Notes under the pieces: generated by a model
Told to the model about the DNA's origin: nothing
The model's database searches: none
What the model saw: only the letters and a program-made list of their open reading frames with translations
Shown: in pieces, positions 1 to 13,101 of the stretch
How the letters are laid out: each line of letters begins with the position of its first letter
How positions within the stretch are numbered: position 1 is the first letter of the stretch
Position numbers and translations under genes: made by a program
Origin: Bugula neritina
Taxonomy: Eukaryota; Animalia; Bryozoa
Reading direction: 5' to 3'
DNA: 64,000 nucleotides
Assembly: GCA_964035545.1 (NCBI GenBank)
Contig: OZ037768.1
Location: 16,847,875 to 16,911,874, forward strand

Positions 1-895
1 TAAAATACTTTAATTCTACCAATAATCATTTATTAGGGAGAAGCGGTGGGCTAGAAGGGGTTGGCTTTAGTAAACACAGGGTCAGTCGTTTGAATCTACC
101 AATACTATCAGTTAACGTAGTTCCTTTTTTTCAAAACAGAAATAACCTCTCAAAACAAACTAATTCAATGAGAAGTAAAAATCCTCAAGACATTCAGTTA
201 ACGATAACTGGCCAACCCAGAACATGAACCAATAATACAGGTCAGTAAGCAAACCCTCTAACAGTTCATCTAAAACATGGAGTCCTTCAACAATTTCGTT
301 CTTATCCCCCCTGCACTGCTGAAACATTGCACAAAGCAGTTTGACTAATATTAAAGCAAATTACGACATTTTATAAAACATTTTAAGTCATTTATATTCG
401 TTCTATTTAAATACATACTAATGAAATAGTTGACTAAGCATAAAGAGTATTTAAGGAGCCAAATTTGTGGCAGCATAGCACAGTAAAGCATGAGGGGGGA
501 TTTCAAGGTGACATGATAATTTTTCTTACTTATATATAAGCTTGCCAACAATGGAGACCATAAATTCAGAAGCTTTTTCTTGCATTAATGCGAACTTTAC
601 CTGATCATTTCTTGGGCATGTATCTAAGAAAATCTTCCAAGCAACTGATTGGTGCTAAGTAAAGCACCCTTCTCAAGTTAAGCTGGGGATTTATTCACAA
701 AATCAAATTCTAGTTCTTATAGAGTGGAATAACGTAAACTTTCTTAAAACACAGAATCCAATGATTGTAGCATTTAAAATTTAAAAAGCAATGTTGTTCC
801 TAATAGGTATTAAAGTATTGAATTGAATTATTACTTCGATTTTTAAACTAACTATGTTATAAAATCTTTATTGCTGCATAAGACCACAACCCTAC

Positions 896-3800
896 CTTTT
901 CAAATCCAAAATTTCCAGGCAGTGCCTTTTCTCCAACTAGCACAAAATTGTCCCGGAACTTCAAGTTTTTAGCGAGAGCACTACCATATTGATTGAGCAA
1001 TGTCTTCACAGCGCTGCATAAACTGAAATCAAAAGTACAATTATCAGTTAGTATACGAGAATATACATGAAACACCGCAGAAAAATAATAAATTACAGCA
1101 AAACTGAAAACAACTTTCAGATAATCAGCTTAGTGGCACTAGTTTACAAAAGCAAAACTTTCTAATGACAAAATGTTGTGTGAAAGTTCTAAGCCAAGAA
1201 TAAAAATATCAACACAGGAAATCATACAGGTTTAGAAAATTAAAACTAAAACTAAACATAACTTACTGTATGGTGAAAAAACTTGTTAACAGTATATTGA
1301 AAGTTATTTATAATTTATACTGATGAAAATAGTGAAAAATCAATGATAAAATATTTGCTACAATAGAATTGCTGCTACACTAGAGCACTCTATAGCCTAT
1401 AGTATGGTCTACATTACACTAGAGCACTCTATAGCCTATAGTATGAGCTACACTACACTAGAGCACTCTATAGCATATAGTATAGCTACACTACACTAGA
1501 GCACTCTATAGCATATAGTATAGCTACACTACACTAGAGCACTCTATAGCCTATAGTATGAGCTACACTACACTAGAGCACTCTATAGCATATAGTATGG
1601 TCTACACTACACTAGAGCACTCTATAGCCTATAGTATGGGCTACACTACACTAGAGCACTCTATAGCCTATATTATGGGCTACACTACACTAGAGCACTC
1701 TATAGCCTATAGTATGGGCTACACTACACTAGAGCACTCTATAGCTTATAGTATGGTCTACACTACACTAGAGCACTCTATAGCCTATAGTATGGGCTAC
1801 ATTAGAGCACTCTATAGCCTATAGTATGGGCTACATTAGAGCACTCTATAGCCTATAGTATGGTCTTTACTTGATGCTCATCTCGTCAAAACTGGCCATC
1901 AGAATTTGTCCTTTGAAGGGAACAAATCCACTTAAAAATCTAGCCATTGCCATACCTGCAGCATTCGAAGAAATATTAAGAAGAGTCAAGGTCTATGAAT
2001 GCAATAAATAGAAACAGAAAAACAAGCCTGCCATTCAAATTTATATTATGATTAGCTTTATAACTTACTAGACCAATAATCAGCAAGTACACAATGAAAG
2101 GCTTATCTTAGACTTTCTTAGTCCTAATTGCAAACTTCATGCCTTAATGACAAATACTATTTCTGGTAAAAATACTATGACAAATTTAACAATAAGCAAT
2201 CTATATCGGTCATTTCCTGTTATTTAGTGTGCAACAATATTTTTCAAGAAGAATACAACGGCAGGCTTGACTTGTCAAAATAATTTATTTCTGATAAAAC
2301 ATGGTAAGATGCTGCCATGAGTTGAAGGGTGAAAAAATTACCAAAAATTATTTGTGTAGTGTATTTTAAACTAATACTATACCAACATTTTAAACTTTGT
2401 TATCGTTATCCCTTAAAAACATATATTATGCATATAATATATAATGTGCATATTGCACGTACAAATATTCAACTTACAGTTATCTGAACTTTCATAGAGA
2501 TCAAAGCTTCGCCTGTCTATAATAGTCTTGAATTTAGCTAGAATGAAAGAGGAACAAACAATTGTGAACTCTAAGTATAACGTATATGCTACATAATTTG
2601 TTATCTTAAAAGCCTCTCCAGTCATATTTCTATGGTTGGCTTGTACCAAAACTTCTTCAGCAACCTAAAAATCTGTTCACATTAGGGGGGGGGGGCTTCT
2701 AACAAGGATTCTGATTACAAGTGAGTTTTATATGATATATTGCTGATGCTGCCTTTGCTAGAACTGCAGCTATGGCTTGAGATCACAAATAAGTTGAATT
2801 ACTAATATACAGAGAATGTTCAGACTATGAAAGTAGTAAAAACTAGTGCTCAATACTTTGCTGCTTCCATTGATACTTTGTTAACAAACCCAAGACAAAT
2901 TTAATGACACTAGTATTTTTTAAAGCATGTGTAGTCATAGAGGTAAACATGTAGACTTAGCAATACATTTCTCTAAAATACACAACTTACAATATCACAT
3001 ACAGTTAGCATCGTAAGTTATTTTAGTCATTTACACTGGGTGACCTACAGGGATAGTGATCTTGAGTAAAACCATAGTTCAAGGCATCGTACTAGCCAAA
3101 CTAGCAAATGCTTCCTTATAGTTGATCATTATATCTGTAAGACTTATTTTCTAAACTTACGATGAATGACAACAATGTTAGCCCCGCGAGTATAGGTTTT
3201 ATCAGCAGTGCCTTTCCCCATCACCCTGCAAAAATATGAAGTAAAATGTTAGATTTCAGACGTTAAGATCTACAAGTGATGAGCATGCTGGTGCTGACTT
3301 CACAGATTACACCAGGCTGGTGTTTTTATGCTGGAAGCTGTTACTCTGTGGACATAGTATTACGTGACAAACACGCTGCTTTATGATCGCAAACCCAACA
3401 CATAGGATGTGACTCATTCACCTGTCCAATACTGCTACAATCTTGACTAATATGTCATCAGAATATATGAACAACATATTAGCAACGACATTATTGGCAG
3501 TGCAATTATAGTAGTGAAACTATTAATAGTGCAACTATTGGCAGTGTACGTTTCATCAGTGTGAAAAGCTGGACGGGTAATGTATGATCGGTAGTAACAA
3601 ATGGAGCCTCTTACTATGCAATTGGCCTTAGAATGGCTATGAATGTTAGGTATGAGCTCACCAACAAAGAGAAGCAAAAATAGGTCTGACTATAAAACTA
3701 TACGCAACCAATGCTGTTGCCAGCTCATGTATTGCATGCAATTTTACAATCACAGCACAATCGCATCATAAAACACATCTCTCACTCAGTGTTGTACATA

Positions 3801-6233
3801 TGCTCTCTTTTTATATGCATTCATGTTGAGATTAAAAAAATACTTTCGCACACCTTATAAAAATTTAGTATAAATTTAATACTTGGAATCTATTTCAGCT
3901 TCAAGAGGGTTAGAATGCTGCAAGGTATGACAAACTTTTAAACAAAGTCACTGGAAAGATTTCTAGGCTATGGAGCGCAATATTTCAAGCTACACTCTAA
4001 ACCAAAACTCACAATAACAATTAAACAACTTAGCAATTAAAATTTCTTCATTACTACACCTAGATACTTACAGAGCACTTCTATGAAAGCCTATACAATA
4101 TTTTGGTCAACTAAAAGTGACAAATATTTTGTAAAAGGATAAAACTTTCACTTGAATGAAGTTGACAAAGTACAGAGAAGGGCAACAACAGCTGAATTAT
4201 CCACCAAATAGGATGTTTAAACAGAGAATAGCTTACAGCTCATTGTTGTAGCATATAATGGGGGGTTCAGCAGTACCCTGCCCCGACTGAACATAGTAGC
4301 TGAACTGATTGGAAGCACAGTTCACAATCACTGGGCACGGTGTAAATGCACTGGGTTCTTTTTTTTCTTTCTTCTCATCTGCTGTCTTTTTTTCTTCCAC
4401 AGTTTTTGAGTTACTCTTTTGCTGCGCAGCAGCTGAAATTAGTTACATTAGTGTGAGAATCCATACTACGAGTTTATGAGTGTATGTACATGCATGGTAC
4501 ATATCTAGTGTATGTACATGCATGGTATACAAATTGTATGTACATGTATGGTATATATAAAGTGTATATACACATGGTATATATAGTATATGTACACATG
4601 CATAATTTAGCCAGTATGTCAGTAAATAGAAGACTCAGCCACCGGGGTTAGAAAGAAAGTTGGCAGAGAGCCAACAACTGCTGGAAGATCCAGGCAGAGT
4701 TAGGGAGAAGCAAGAAATCAAGATTATCTGGTGATTTAAAAACGTTTTTATGTGGAAAGGATTCCACAGACTACTTAGTTCAGTTGTAAAAGCTATCAAA
4801 CGATTCCTCATGCATGTATGAAGATTGGAATCAATTAGCAAGTGACAGAATATATGTCGTCTTCATCGGAGCTTGTTGTTTTGTGTAGCCAATAATTACA
4901 TTTTTACTATTTAAGCATTATCTATTGAACAATACATCATTCACTGCATAACCAATAATCAATGCACAACGCAAACAGCTGTACTCAGTAAATGCATGTG
5001 AAATGACCCTAAACAAGTATGTTAATTTTATCCATACATCAGTAGTGGCATTAGAATTAGAACGAACGAAACTTTTATCAAGTATAAATGTAAAGCATAA
5101 TTATGGTGAAATCTTTAAGTAGTTTACCAATCACTGAAATTTACTAAACTTTCAAAGAAATGTATAATGCAGACAACTGTCAATTGCAACACGCATTGAA
5201 AATTTAAATTTCAGCAAAAATATTCAAATTTACCAATGGGATTTGCAGGTTTTGCACCGTCATTATTTCCAACTGGCTTATTTTCTACAACGTTCTGGTC
5301 TTCTTTAGCATCAGCAGCGTCATTAGATATAGTAGGAGCTGAGCTCGATGGAGTTGCATGCGGAAGAACGCGCGGCAACAGCGACTGAGATCTATCAATG
5401 GTAACCTCTCTGGGTAACACAAGACCAGTTGGAGCGTGCTCCGTAGGTGAAATACCCGCCACTGTCAACAAGTTAGCCAAGAAAATAGCAAGAAGTGAAG
5501 TGAAACAAGCAGCAAACCGAACAGTAGAGAAACAATTCAGAAAGAGACGCACTATACCTAAACGTATGTCTATACCACCTACACCACCATGAATGTGCAC
5601 ACATGCGACGACATAGAAGTTATACAAAGCCATCATGCGATCATCTAAATTCTAGTATTTGACTAGAAGTGACTGAATGTATGCACAATAGTTGTCTTAA
5701 TTATTGCCTGAAAATTTCAGAAGTGAAGCCCTGCATAATTGATCAGATAAAAAATTAGTTTACTAGACCTCCTTTTTACCTTTTACATAATCCAAATGAT
5801 GTCAAAATAGTGACAAATGGCTGAACAAAAAAACTCTCTATTTTAGATTTAGGCAATTCATTGGTCAATAATGACATAAATTAAAACTAGTGACCAATAC
5901 ATTGTTAAAACTTAATATTACTTAATATGATTGTTATTTACCTTCTCTCTTATTGATGGCGACTTTTGATGCAACGAACACTGGTGTAGAGTCGCCACTT
6001 GTGTACGTCAGAGCTGAGAAATTCCACATGTACACACAAATCAGTACCAGCACGGTCACAATCAACATAAACCGAAGATCTAAATAAATTACAGCATATC
6101 ATGATTACTGAATAATTTAAAATTCATCCTAGACAAACTTTTCAAATAACACCGTGCTATATTTGTTCATGCATGAATTTCAGACACCACTGCAACTCTT
6201 ACCAAAACGTCGTAGGTACCTCACCAGCCCCAT
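896..6233 (-). CDS. FAM3/ILEI (PANDER)-domain type II membrane protein, spliced; terminal exon not located (below 896 or outside the window)
   Basis: Phase-consistent GT-AG exons: 6233-6203 (MGLVRYLRRF), 6079-5942 (signal anchor FMLIVTVLVLICVYMW), 5461-5234 and 4432-4237 (stalk, then CPVIVNCASNQFSYYVQSGQGTAEPPIICYNNE), 3225-3161 (VMGKGTADKTYTRGANIVVIH), 2537-2478 (RSFDLY), 1955-1871 (ILMASFDEMS), 1022-896 (YGSALAKNLKFRDNFVLVGEK). These match the FAM3C hallmarks C-x5-C..SG..P.IC, RG.N, FD, DD and GS...L.FRDNW.F.G.K. Confidence 0.85.
1375..1864. repeat. Intronic minisatellite, ~39-bp unit CTACACTACACTAGAGCACTCTATAGCCTATAGTATGGG, ~12-13 copies
   Basis: Tandem units read directly; they explain the repetitive ORF 1558-1824. 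Confidence 0.95.
4482..4602. repeat. Short degenerate tandem repeat (~28-bp unit, GTGTATGTACATGCATGGTATA-like), ~4 copies
   Basis: Repeated gtatgtacatgcatggta motif. Confidence 0.65.
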
Positions 6234-6879
6234 AATGCAGGCAGACGCCAAAGGCCAGAAAGCAGTAAATAAGCTTGCAGCTAAATAAATGAAAATGAAA
6301 GAAATTGTACAAGAAAATTATTGCAACATTTTATTTTGGCTTCACGAGGTAAATCATGAAGGCAAATTCAGTTGTTGTAGCTGTAAGCGATACAACATTG
6401 TAAAACTTCAACTCGCCCAACAGAAGTTGCAGACAAATTTAAGAAAAATAACTAGAATTATAGATATTATTCAGTTTACAAACACAGAAACTACATTATT
6501 AAAACAGCAAACACTAAAATTAGAACAGCCAATAATAGTATAACTCAACATCAAAAAGTATGTAACAAATAAAAACATGTAGTTAACTAATTTGCATTTA
6601 AAACTAAAATATATAATAAAAATACCTTTAATAACACAACCAGCTAAATTAGTATTTACTGCAATATGTAGCTAGAAAACATAAGCTCCAGGTGAAAACT
6701 ATAAAACATAACGTGAAAAGTGTGACTATTAAATCAATATAAACTATGGTAAAATCAAATTTAATAGCATTATAAATAATTAGTTATAAACAAAACAAAT
6801 AAATATAACGATTTAGATTATGATTATCATAAATGGACGAGTAACTGTAAGCACTAACTACTATGTCTAAGTGTAATTT

Positions 6880-8065
6880 ATTAATAATATAATTATACTA
6901 TTAGCATTAATACTATTACTTATATGACAACCATTATAATTATAATAATAATACTAATACTAAATCTAATACTGCAAGTTTAATAGTAATATACATTGTA
7001 TTTATAAACACGATATATGTCACATTTACTAATAGTGATACCATTAGTATTAATATTAGTATATTACTATAGTATTAGTAATTAGTCCTAGTGAATGAAA
7101 TCAATAGGTGTTGAGTATTCTGTAGAGCAATACTAATAATAAATCGAATAGTAACCGTAATACTAATTAACTTAGTAATAACGTATTCACAGTTTCTCAT
7201 TATCAGTATGAGTATTCATTCGGTTTCACTCATAACCCATGTTTGAATACTGAATAAAAAAGGCAATTACAAGATAAAGACAACCACCACAATGAGTATG
7301 ACATAAGCTGTTTAACTTTATAACCATTTTAATTTTGATAATCATAATCATAATGATAATCATTATAATAATAATGATTACAATATTTATAAAGATTCAT
7401 ACTCACATAGTCATAGTCATACTGGTGGTTAGACTTAGTATGATACTGAATCTGATGGTCTTCTGTTATTGTAATTGTGAATATCATTATTAGTATTAGT
7501 ATTACTAATACTACTAGTAATAGAGGAATATTAATAATAGTTATAGCAAATCACTAAAATTAAATGCCTATCAATATAATATTAAAAGTAATAGCATTAG
7601 TATTATTATTACTATTTGTATTAGCATCAGTATCACTAAAAATAGTACTATTTTTGTTTAGACTAAGACTTAGTATAATAGTATTGATAGTCTTCTGTCA
7701 TTGTGAGTATCTATTGATATTGCTATTAGTATCAATCTATTAGTATTAGTATTATTATAAGTATTACTATCACTATTAGTATTACTATTGGCATAAGTAT
7801 CACTAATACTAATAGTAATACACTAATACTACCAGTACTAGTACTAGAGTAATAATAATAGTGATTAATAATACCAATACAAATAATGATGGCACTAAGA
7901 GTTATAATTATACTTATAGTAAATCACTAAATCAAAATGAAATAGTAATAATAATAGATCATCACAATCGCAATGACTATTGCTATCAGTATCAATATCA
8001 CACTAATAGTAATAGTAACACGAACAGTAAATAAGTAATATTAATAGTATTACATTTAATATTAC
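6880..8065. repeat. AT-rich low-complexity tract of TACTAA/TAGTAT/AAT units, on the low-coordinate side of the LINE
   Basis: Dense degenerate tagtat/tactaa hexamers. Confidence 0.8.
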
Positions 8066-8099
8066 TTTTGAATACCTTTGAAGACATAGAACACTTGTA

Positions 8100-9962
8100 A
8101 ACACTCAAGGTCATAGAAGTGCAATTGTAACAATTGCAATTATTGTTTTACAGTGTGGGCTAAAAGTTGGTGATTGCGTTAATTTCTTTTATGGACCCTC
8201 TGGTGCTTCTAATGGTTCTTGGTAAGAAGCTACCATGGTATACTTGCAAGTTTGCATAAATGGATGTTAGTTAACCGCGGACAGCAGACCTCGTGGTTAT
8301 TGCCATATTTTGGCGATCTTGTGTAATTTCATCTTATGCCATTGTTAATAATGAATGTTGTTCTTCCTGCAGTATTTTCATGAGGAGATTGAGTCAGTGA
8401 GTCCTGTGTCTCTGTTTGAGAGGCTGAAGGCCAAGCTGAGAGCATGCCTTGGTGACACTTTCTCGTCTTTTTAATCCAGCAATAAACCTCACTGCCTAGT
8501 GCTGTAATATTTCCAGAGTCTCAATGTTTTTAGCTAATGTTGGATCCCATACGGTATCTGCTTATTCGAGAATTGGATGGCACAGACTAGTGTAGGCCAG
8601 TAGCTTACCTTCTTTGGGGGCCTCATGTAGAGCATGTTTAATTGTTCCCAGAAGTTTTGAGGCCTTATCCTTTTCAAGTGTAACATGCTGATTAAATTTA
8701 AGGGTTGACTGCATTACAACCGCAAGTATGTTGTTGAGTCTACCCAATCCATCTTTACTTCACTTAGCTTGTACAGAGGTTAGTAACTTTGATTGCCAAA
8801 CGCTATGATTTTGCGTTTACCTTCATTGAAAGGCATTTTCCAATCAACCGACCATTTGTGTATGGCATTGATGTTGGCCTGGAATCGTAGAGCGTCTTCT
8901 TTTGTGTCAACAGCCTGATACAGTAGCATATCATCAGCATAAAGGCTTACAATACAGTTTAATTTTAGTAGGAGATCATTAATGTATATTAAAAATAGTG
9001 TTGAACCTAGGACTGAACCTTGTGGAATCCCTGAGGTCACTTCTAACTTTGAGGAAAATTTTCTTTCCAATAACTACTTTTTGTTTTCTATGCGTCAAAA
9101 ATCTTGAATCCAGTTTACCAGTTGTGGATTTATTTCTGGTATTAGTTCCAATTTTTGCATTAGTAAAGCATGAGGCACTTTGTCAAAAGCCTTCTTAAAA
9201 TCAAGTACCACAGCATGTGCTGTTTTCATTGTTTCCTTAGTTTTTGCTATTTTATGGTATGTGACACAGAGTTGTGTTTCACAAGACCTGCCTCTTCTGA
9301 ATCCGTGCTGTCTGTTGTGGAGAAAGTCATTCAGTGTTTGGTTCAAATAATGAAGTACAATGTGTTCCATCATTTTGCATGGGATACTAGTGAGTGATAT
9401 GGGGCGATAATTACTTGCTGCCAGCTTATCTCCGCCTTTGTGCACTGGGGTGACATACGCAAGCTTCCACTAGGCGGGTAACTGTCCTGAATCAATTGAG
9501 GCTTGGAATATCTGTTTTAGACACACAGCTGACATCATGACATCCACAAGTAAATCTGGCTTGCGGATTTCATCGAGATTTTCTATTTGATAAACTATTC
9601 ATCGGTTTAATGAGACCTTCAGTAGTTATCGGTATAGGTGCTGCGGCAGTTGTTTCTGGATATATTTGTTTAGGGACTTTTGCACACTCTGTCGCTTCTT
9701 TAGTAATTTTTCCTTGTGAACTATTCAACTTTATATTGAAATCGCTATTTGGCCTGATATTTTGAGGTGCTTGTAGAAGTTTTTTGCACAATTTTTCTAC
9801 TAGATGTTCTCTTTTTTTTCGTTGACATTCAGTTTTACCAGTTCTTCTTTCTGCATGGTATTTATGTAGAAAAAATGTGTCACCAGTCTCTTTATACTTT
9901 TTCCAGGTTCTTCTACGTTTTGTATTAGTTTGTACATTTTCCTATCCATCCATTCTGGCCAG
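8100..9962 (-). mobile_element. 5'-truncated, frameshifted non-LTR retrotransposon (CR1/L2-type LINE) reverse transcriptase
   Basis: Broken ORFs 9095-9445 (NYRPISLTSIPCKMMEHI, QHGFRRGRSCETQL, LDFKKAFDKVPH), 8780-9070 (SGIPQGSVLG..LFLIYINDL, YADD) and 8562-8747 (KLLAYTSLCHPILE, followed by ADTVWDP...AVRF). Multiple frameshifts and stops; no endonuclease region seen. Confidence 0.92.
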
Positions 9963-9964
9963 CT

Positions 9965-10832
9965 GTAGTTACTATTAGCATTAGTATTACTATTACTAAT
10001 AGTAATACTAATAGTTACAGTAATACTAATAGTAATAGTATTACTATTACTATTAGTATTAGGCCTATTAATATTTATAGTTATACTTATGCTAATACTA
10101 ATACTAATAATAATTCTAATTACTAATATTAATAGTAATAGTGATAGTAATACTTAGAGTTAGAAGTAGAACCTGACTTATCACTTACTCTTAGAGTTAG
10201 TAGTAATATTAATACTAATACTAATAGTCATAGTAATACTAATACTAATAGTCATAGTAATACTAATAGTAATCCTAATACTAATAGTTATACTTATACT
10301 TATAGTAACACTTTTAGTTATACTAACAAGTATTACTATTAGTATTACTAATATTCATTATGATTGTAGATTTAGTTTTACTTTTACTTTTAGTAATACT
10401 AGTAATAGTTATATTAATATTATCATTTATGATTATCAGAATAAATGAAAATGAACTAATACTAATACTAATAGTAATAGAATACTGAATAGTAATACTA
10501 TAAAACTATGAAAGTATAATCATTAGGCTTAGCATCAGACTTAGTGTTACTATTACTATTAGTATTACTATTACAGTATAATACTGTAATAGTAATACTT
10601 ATACTAATACTGAGTATTAGTATTACTATTAGTATTACTATTAGTATTACTATTAGTATTACTATTAGTATTACTATTCTATTAGTTAGTATTACTATTA
10701 CAGTATTAGTATTACTATTAGTATGTCAATGTCTATTAGTATTAGTATTACTAACTTTTGCTATAGTATTACTAATACTATAGCAAAAATTTAGTATTTG
10801 CTGTTAGTATTATTATTACTATTAGTATTTAG
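9965..10832. repeat. AT-rich (TACTAA)n/(ATTAGTATTACT)n microsatellite-like tract
   Basis: Read directly; it generates the spurious ISITISIT ORF 10544-10783. Confidence 0.9.
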
Positions 10833-10856
10833 TTATAGAAACCGACTAAAATCCAG

Positions 10857-11013
10857 GAATAATTCTACAAGTATAAGTAGCTCCGAGTTGGTGGTAAAGG
10901 ACGACGTTGGTATGGGATATGGCGTTTGGAGTTATGTCCTCAACTCTAAACTCGAAACCCTAAACTACTGCACTTAGTCAACACCAGCTCGGAGCTGCTT
11001 ATAGAACCATTCA
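10857..11013. mobile_element. Palindromic MITE, degenerate copy of the element at 32234-32387
   Basis: TATAAGTAGCTCCGAGTTGGTG...CACCAGCTCGGAGCTGCTTATAGAACCATTCA; aligns along its length with the 32234 copy. Confidence 0.8.
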
Positions 11014-11193
11014 AAGTTCAACGTCAGTGTTGTTGACAATGAGGTCTGGTCTAAGCTCAGATTACTTTAATGGCTAGTTTTTTTACATTTCGTTGTAGTT
11101 CAACACGATGAACTAAAGCTTTCTCTAGTTCAATGGTTCCACACATTATGCTACATGTACTATATTATTATTATGTGAGTGAGGGTAACTCAC

Positions 11194-11330
11194 TGAACTC
11201 AACAGTTGATGTATGCGTGTATACTGCAACGATCTTTCTCTCGAATCTTATGGAATGTCAATTATCCTCGGTCGGAAAGTTCGGTTAAGCATTGCGAAGT
11301 TATCTTCCCACCTTTCAGCACACCTTTTTA
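11194..11330 (-). other. Probable non-coding first exon of the FAM3-like gene
   Basis: GTGAGT donor on the minus strand at 11193-11188, a CpG-richer segment, and an acceptor (ATTTAG) at 6282/6281 just upstream of the ATG exon. The 5' boundary is a guess. Confidence 0.4.
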
Positions 11331-13012
11331 AGAGGTTAGGGCTGAATTTTTTTGTCCACTGTTACTATGAAAATTAAAACAGTTGAATTGTGATTTATGA
11401 TTTCCTTAGGAATATTGATCAGAATAAAATATGCAGTGTTTGTAATTGTTGGGTTAGAAAACTGATAAATAAAAGGTGTGGTAATTGAAATATGCAACTT
11501 ATAGTATAGAGTTTCATAATTTTTATATGATATTATTATAATTCCCTGTTAACTTCTAAAACTTGACTAGTTGTCAGAATTCAAACAGCAAGACTATTAC
11601 AACTTTAAAACCAATCAGGCATTATAGCTACCGGCTGCTGCTCAATAGAGACAAGTCAACAGTGCAACTATAGCACTATATGAGCCAGAAATTTTGCCAC
11701 CTATCAGGTTGACCAAAATATTCTATTGGTGTTGGTGACATAACCACTGCCGTTCAATGCATTGAAGCCAATCCTGTGCTGACTTTCAATTTTGGAAGGC
11801 AGTACCATTGTCTTAGCAGGCATAGCTTAAAGGCATTGGTGTATGGAAAGATGTTAATATAGTGTATGCCTCTATATGTAGGGAACAGCTTTTATCACCC
11901 TGCAAGCACTGTACTCTAAAGCCTTTTCATTAAGATAATTTAACAATCTGTCATTGTTGTTATTATTATACACCAAATTTTTATGATTTTCATCTTCAGT
12001 AGAAGACTACATTCAGGACCCCTAATCATTAGTACTAATATTTGTAATTATTTATAGCTAAATTTTGATAAAGCATTTTCTGATATCCATTTTAATACAT
12101 TGCTTCAGACATACTTATTGATTACTGTTTGCAAGCATTGTGAGTAGAAGGCCTATACTGGTGACTATTTTAAGTAAAAAGACGGGAGAACATTTTTAAA
12201 AAAAATCGATTAAAGCAATATTGGTAGTAACTATAGTAAGTTCAGTATTAGCATATCATCATAAAATATAAATAGAAATTATTATAATTAGCAGCATGCA
12301 ATTTTTTTATGAATCTATATTTTAATTTTACTGCTTTTGATGTGTTGCATGACTATGATGCATATATTATGTAGCTGGCTTAAGATTACCTGTAAAAAGG
12401 TCACAGAATTGATGCTAGTGCAGCATAAGTTATGTTTATTTGCAATTTTATGAAGAATCAAATATGCACTTAATTTTATATTTTGTATAGTCCATGCATA
12501 TGTTAGGACAACATTACATTAATATGTCACTTTAGGTTAGCTGTTTATATTTTAATTGCACAATGTATATGAATTATATTATAACAATTATTCAAAAACC
12601 AATTCCAATGTTTAATTGCTTGCGCTCATCAAATCTAAAAGATTTATGAAAGGTATATTAATTGTGCCAAAAAACACATCATGTCTGGGCTATGAATTGT
12701 GATACAAAATTAATCTTATGCATTAAGACATATGAAATAATTTCACATTAAATCAAATACCTGTCTTGCTACTTTCTAAAATGTGAAGTCTTACTTCATA
12801 TATATGCACAGTGGTACATAATTCGTACCTTGCCCCATCATCTATAGATCATGTTTTGTGTGTGTGATATCCATCAACATAGTTTACATTTTACTACACA
12901 TCTCACCATAATAAAACCTTGTAAATTGATGTCAGAGGCTACTAATAAACTGAATTAAGTGAGAGACTAGATGGCAAACTTACTAAGAGCTCAGTCTAAT
13001 ATTATGCATACG

Positions 13013-13101
13013 ACACCCCTGCTTTACTAAGAACTCATTCTACTCTACATAGGGTACCCCTACTTCACTAAGAATCACTCTACTTTACATCTGGCACCCC
13101 T
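13013..13101. repeat. ~42-bp direct tandem repeat, ~2 copies (CACCCCTGCTTTACTAAGAACTCATTCTACTCTACAT)
   Basis: Two near-identical adjacent units plus a partial third. Confidence 0.6.

Noticed and set aside
162-320. Candidate last exon of the FAM3-like gene
   Set aside because: An acceptor and open frame exist, but the in-frame product lacks the expected GWP...GC ending (GWP appears only in another frame). The terminal exon is left unassigned.
1320-1345. Other CTGATGA occurrences (e.g. 1320, 32759, 43209, 54703, 62401) as additional hammerheads
   Set aside because: None has a stem II followed by GAAA and pairing stems I/III.
1558-1824. ORF with YTTLEHSIAYSMG repeats
   Set aside because: Product of the 39-bp minisatellite inside a FAM3-like intron.
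4050-4190. KVQRRAT motif suggesting an old CR1 fragment on the plus strand
   Set aside because: Too short and decayed to support a feature call.
10544-10783. Hydrophobic membrane-like ORF
   Set aside because: Translation of the ATTAGTATTACT microsatellite.
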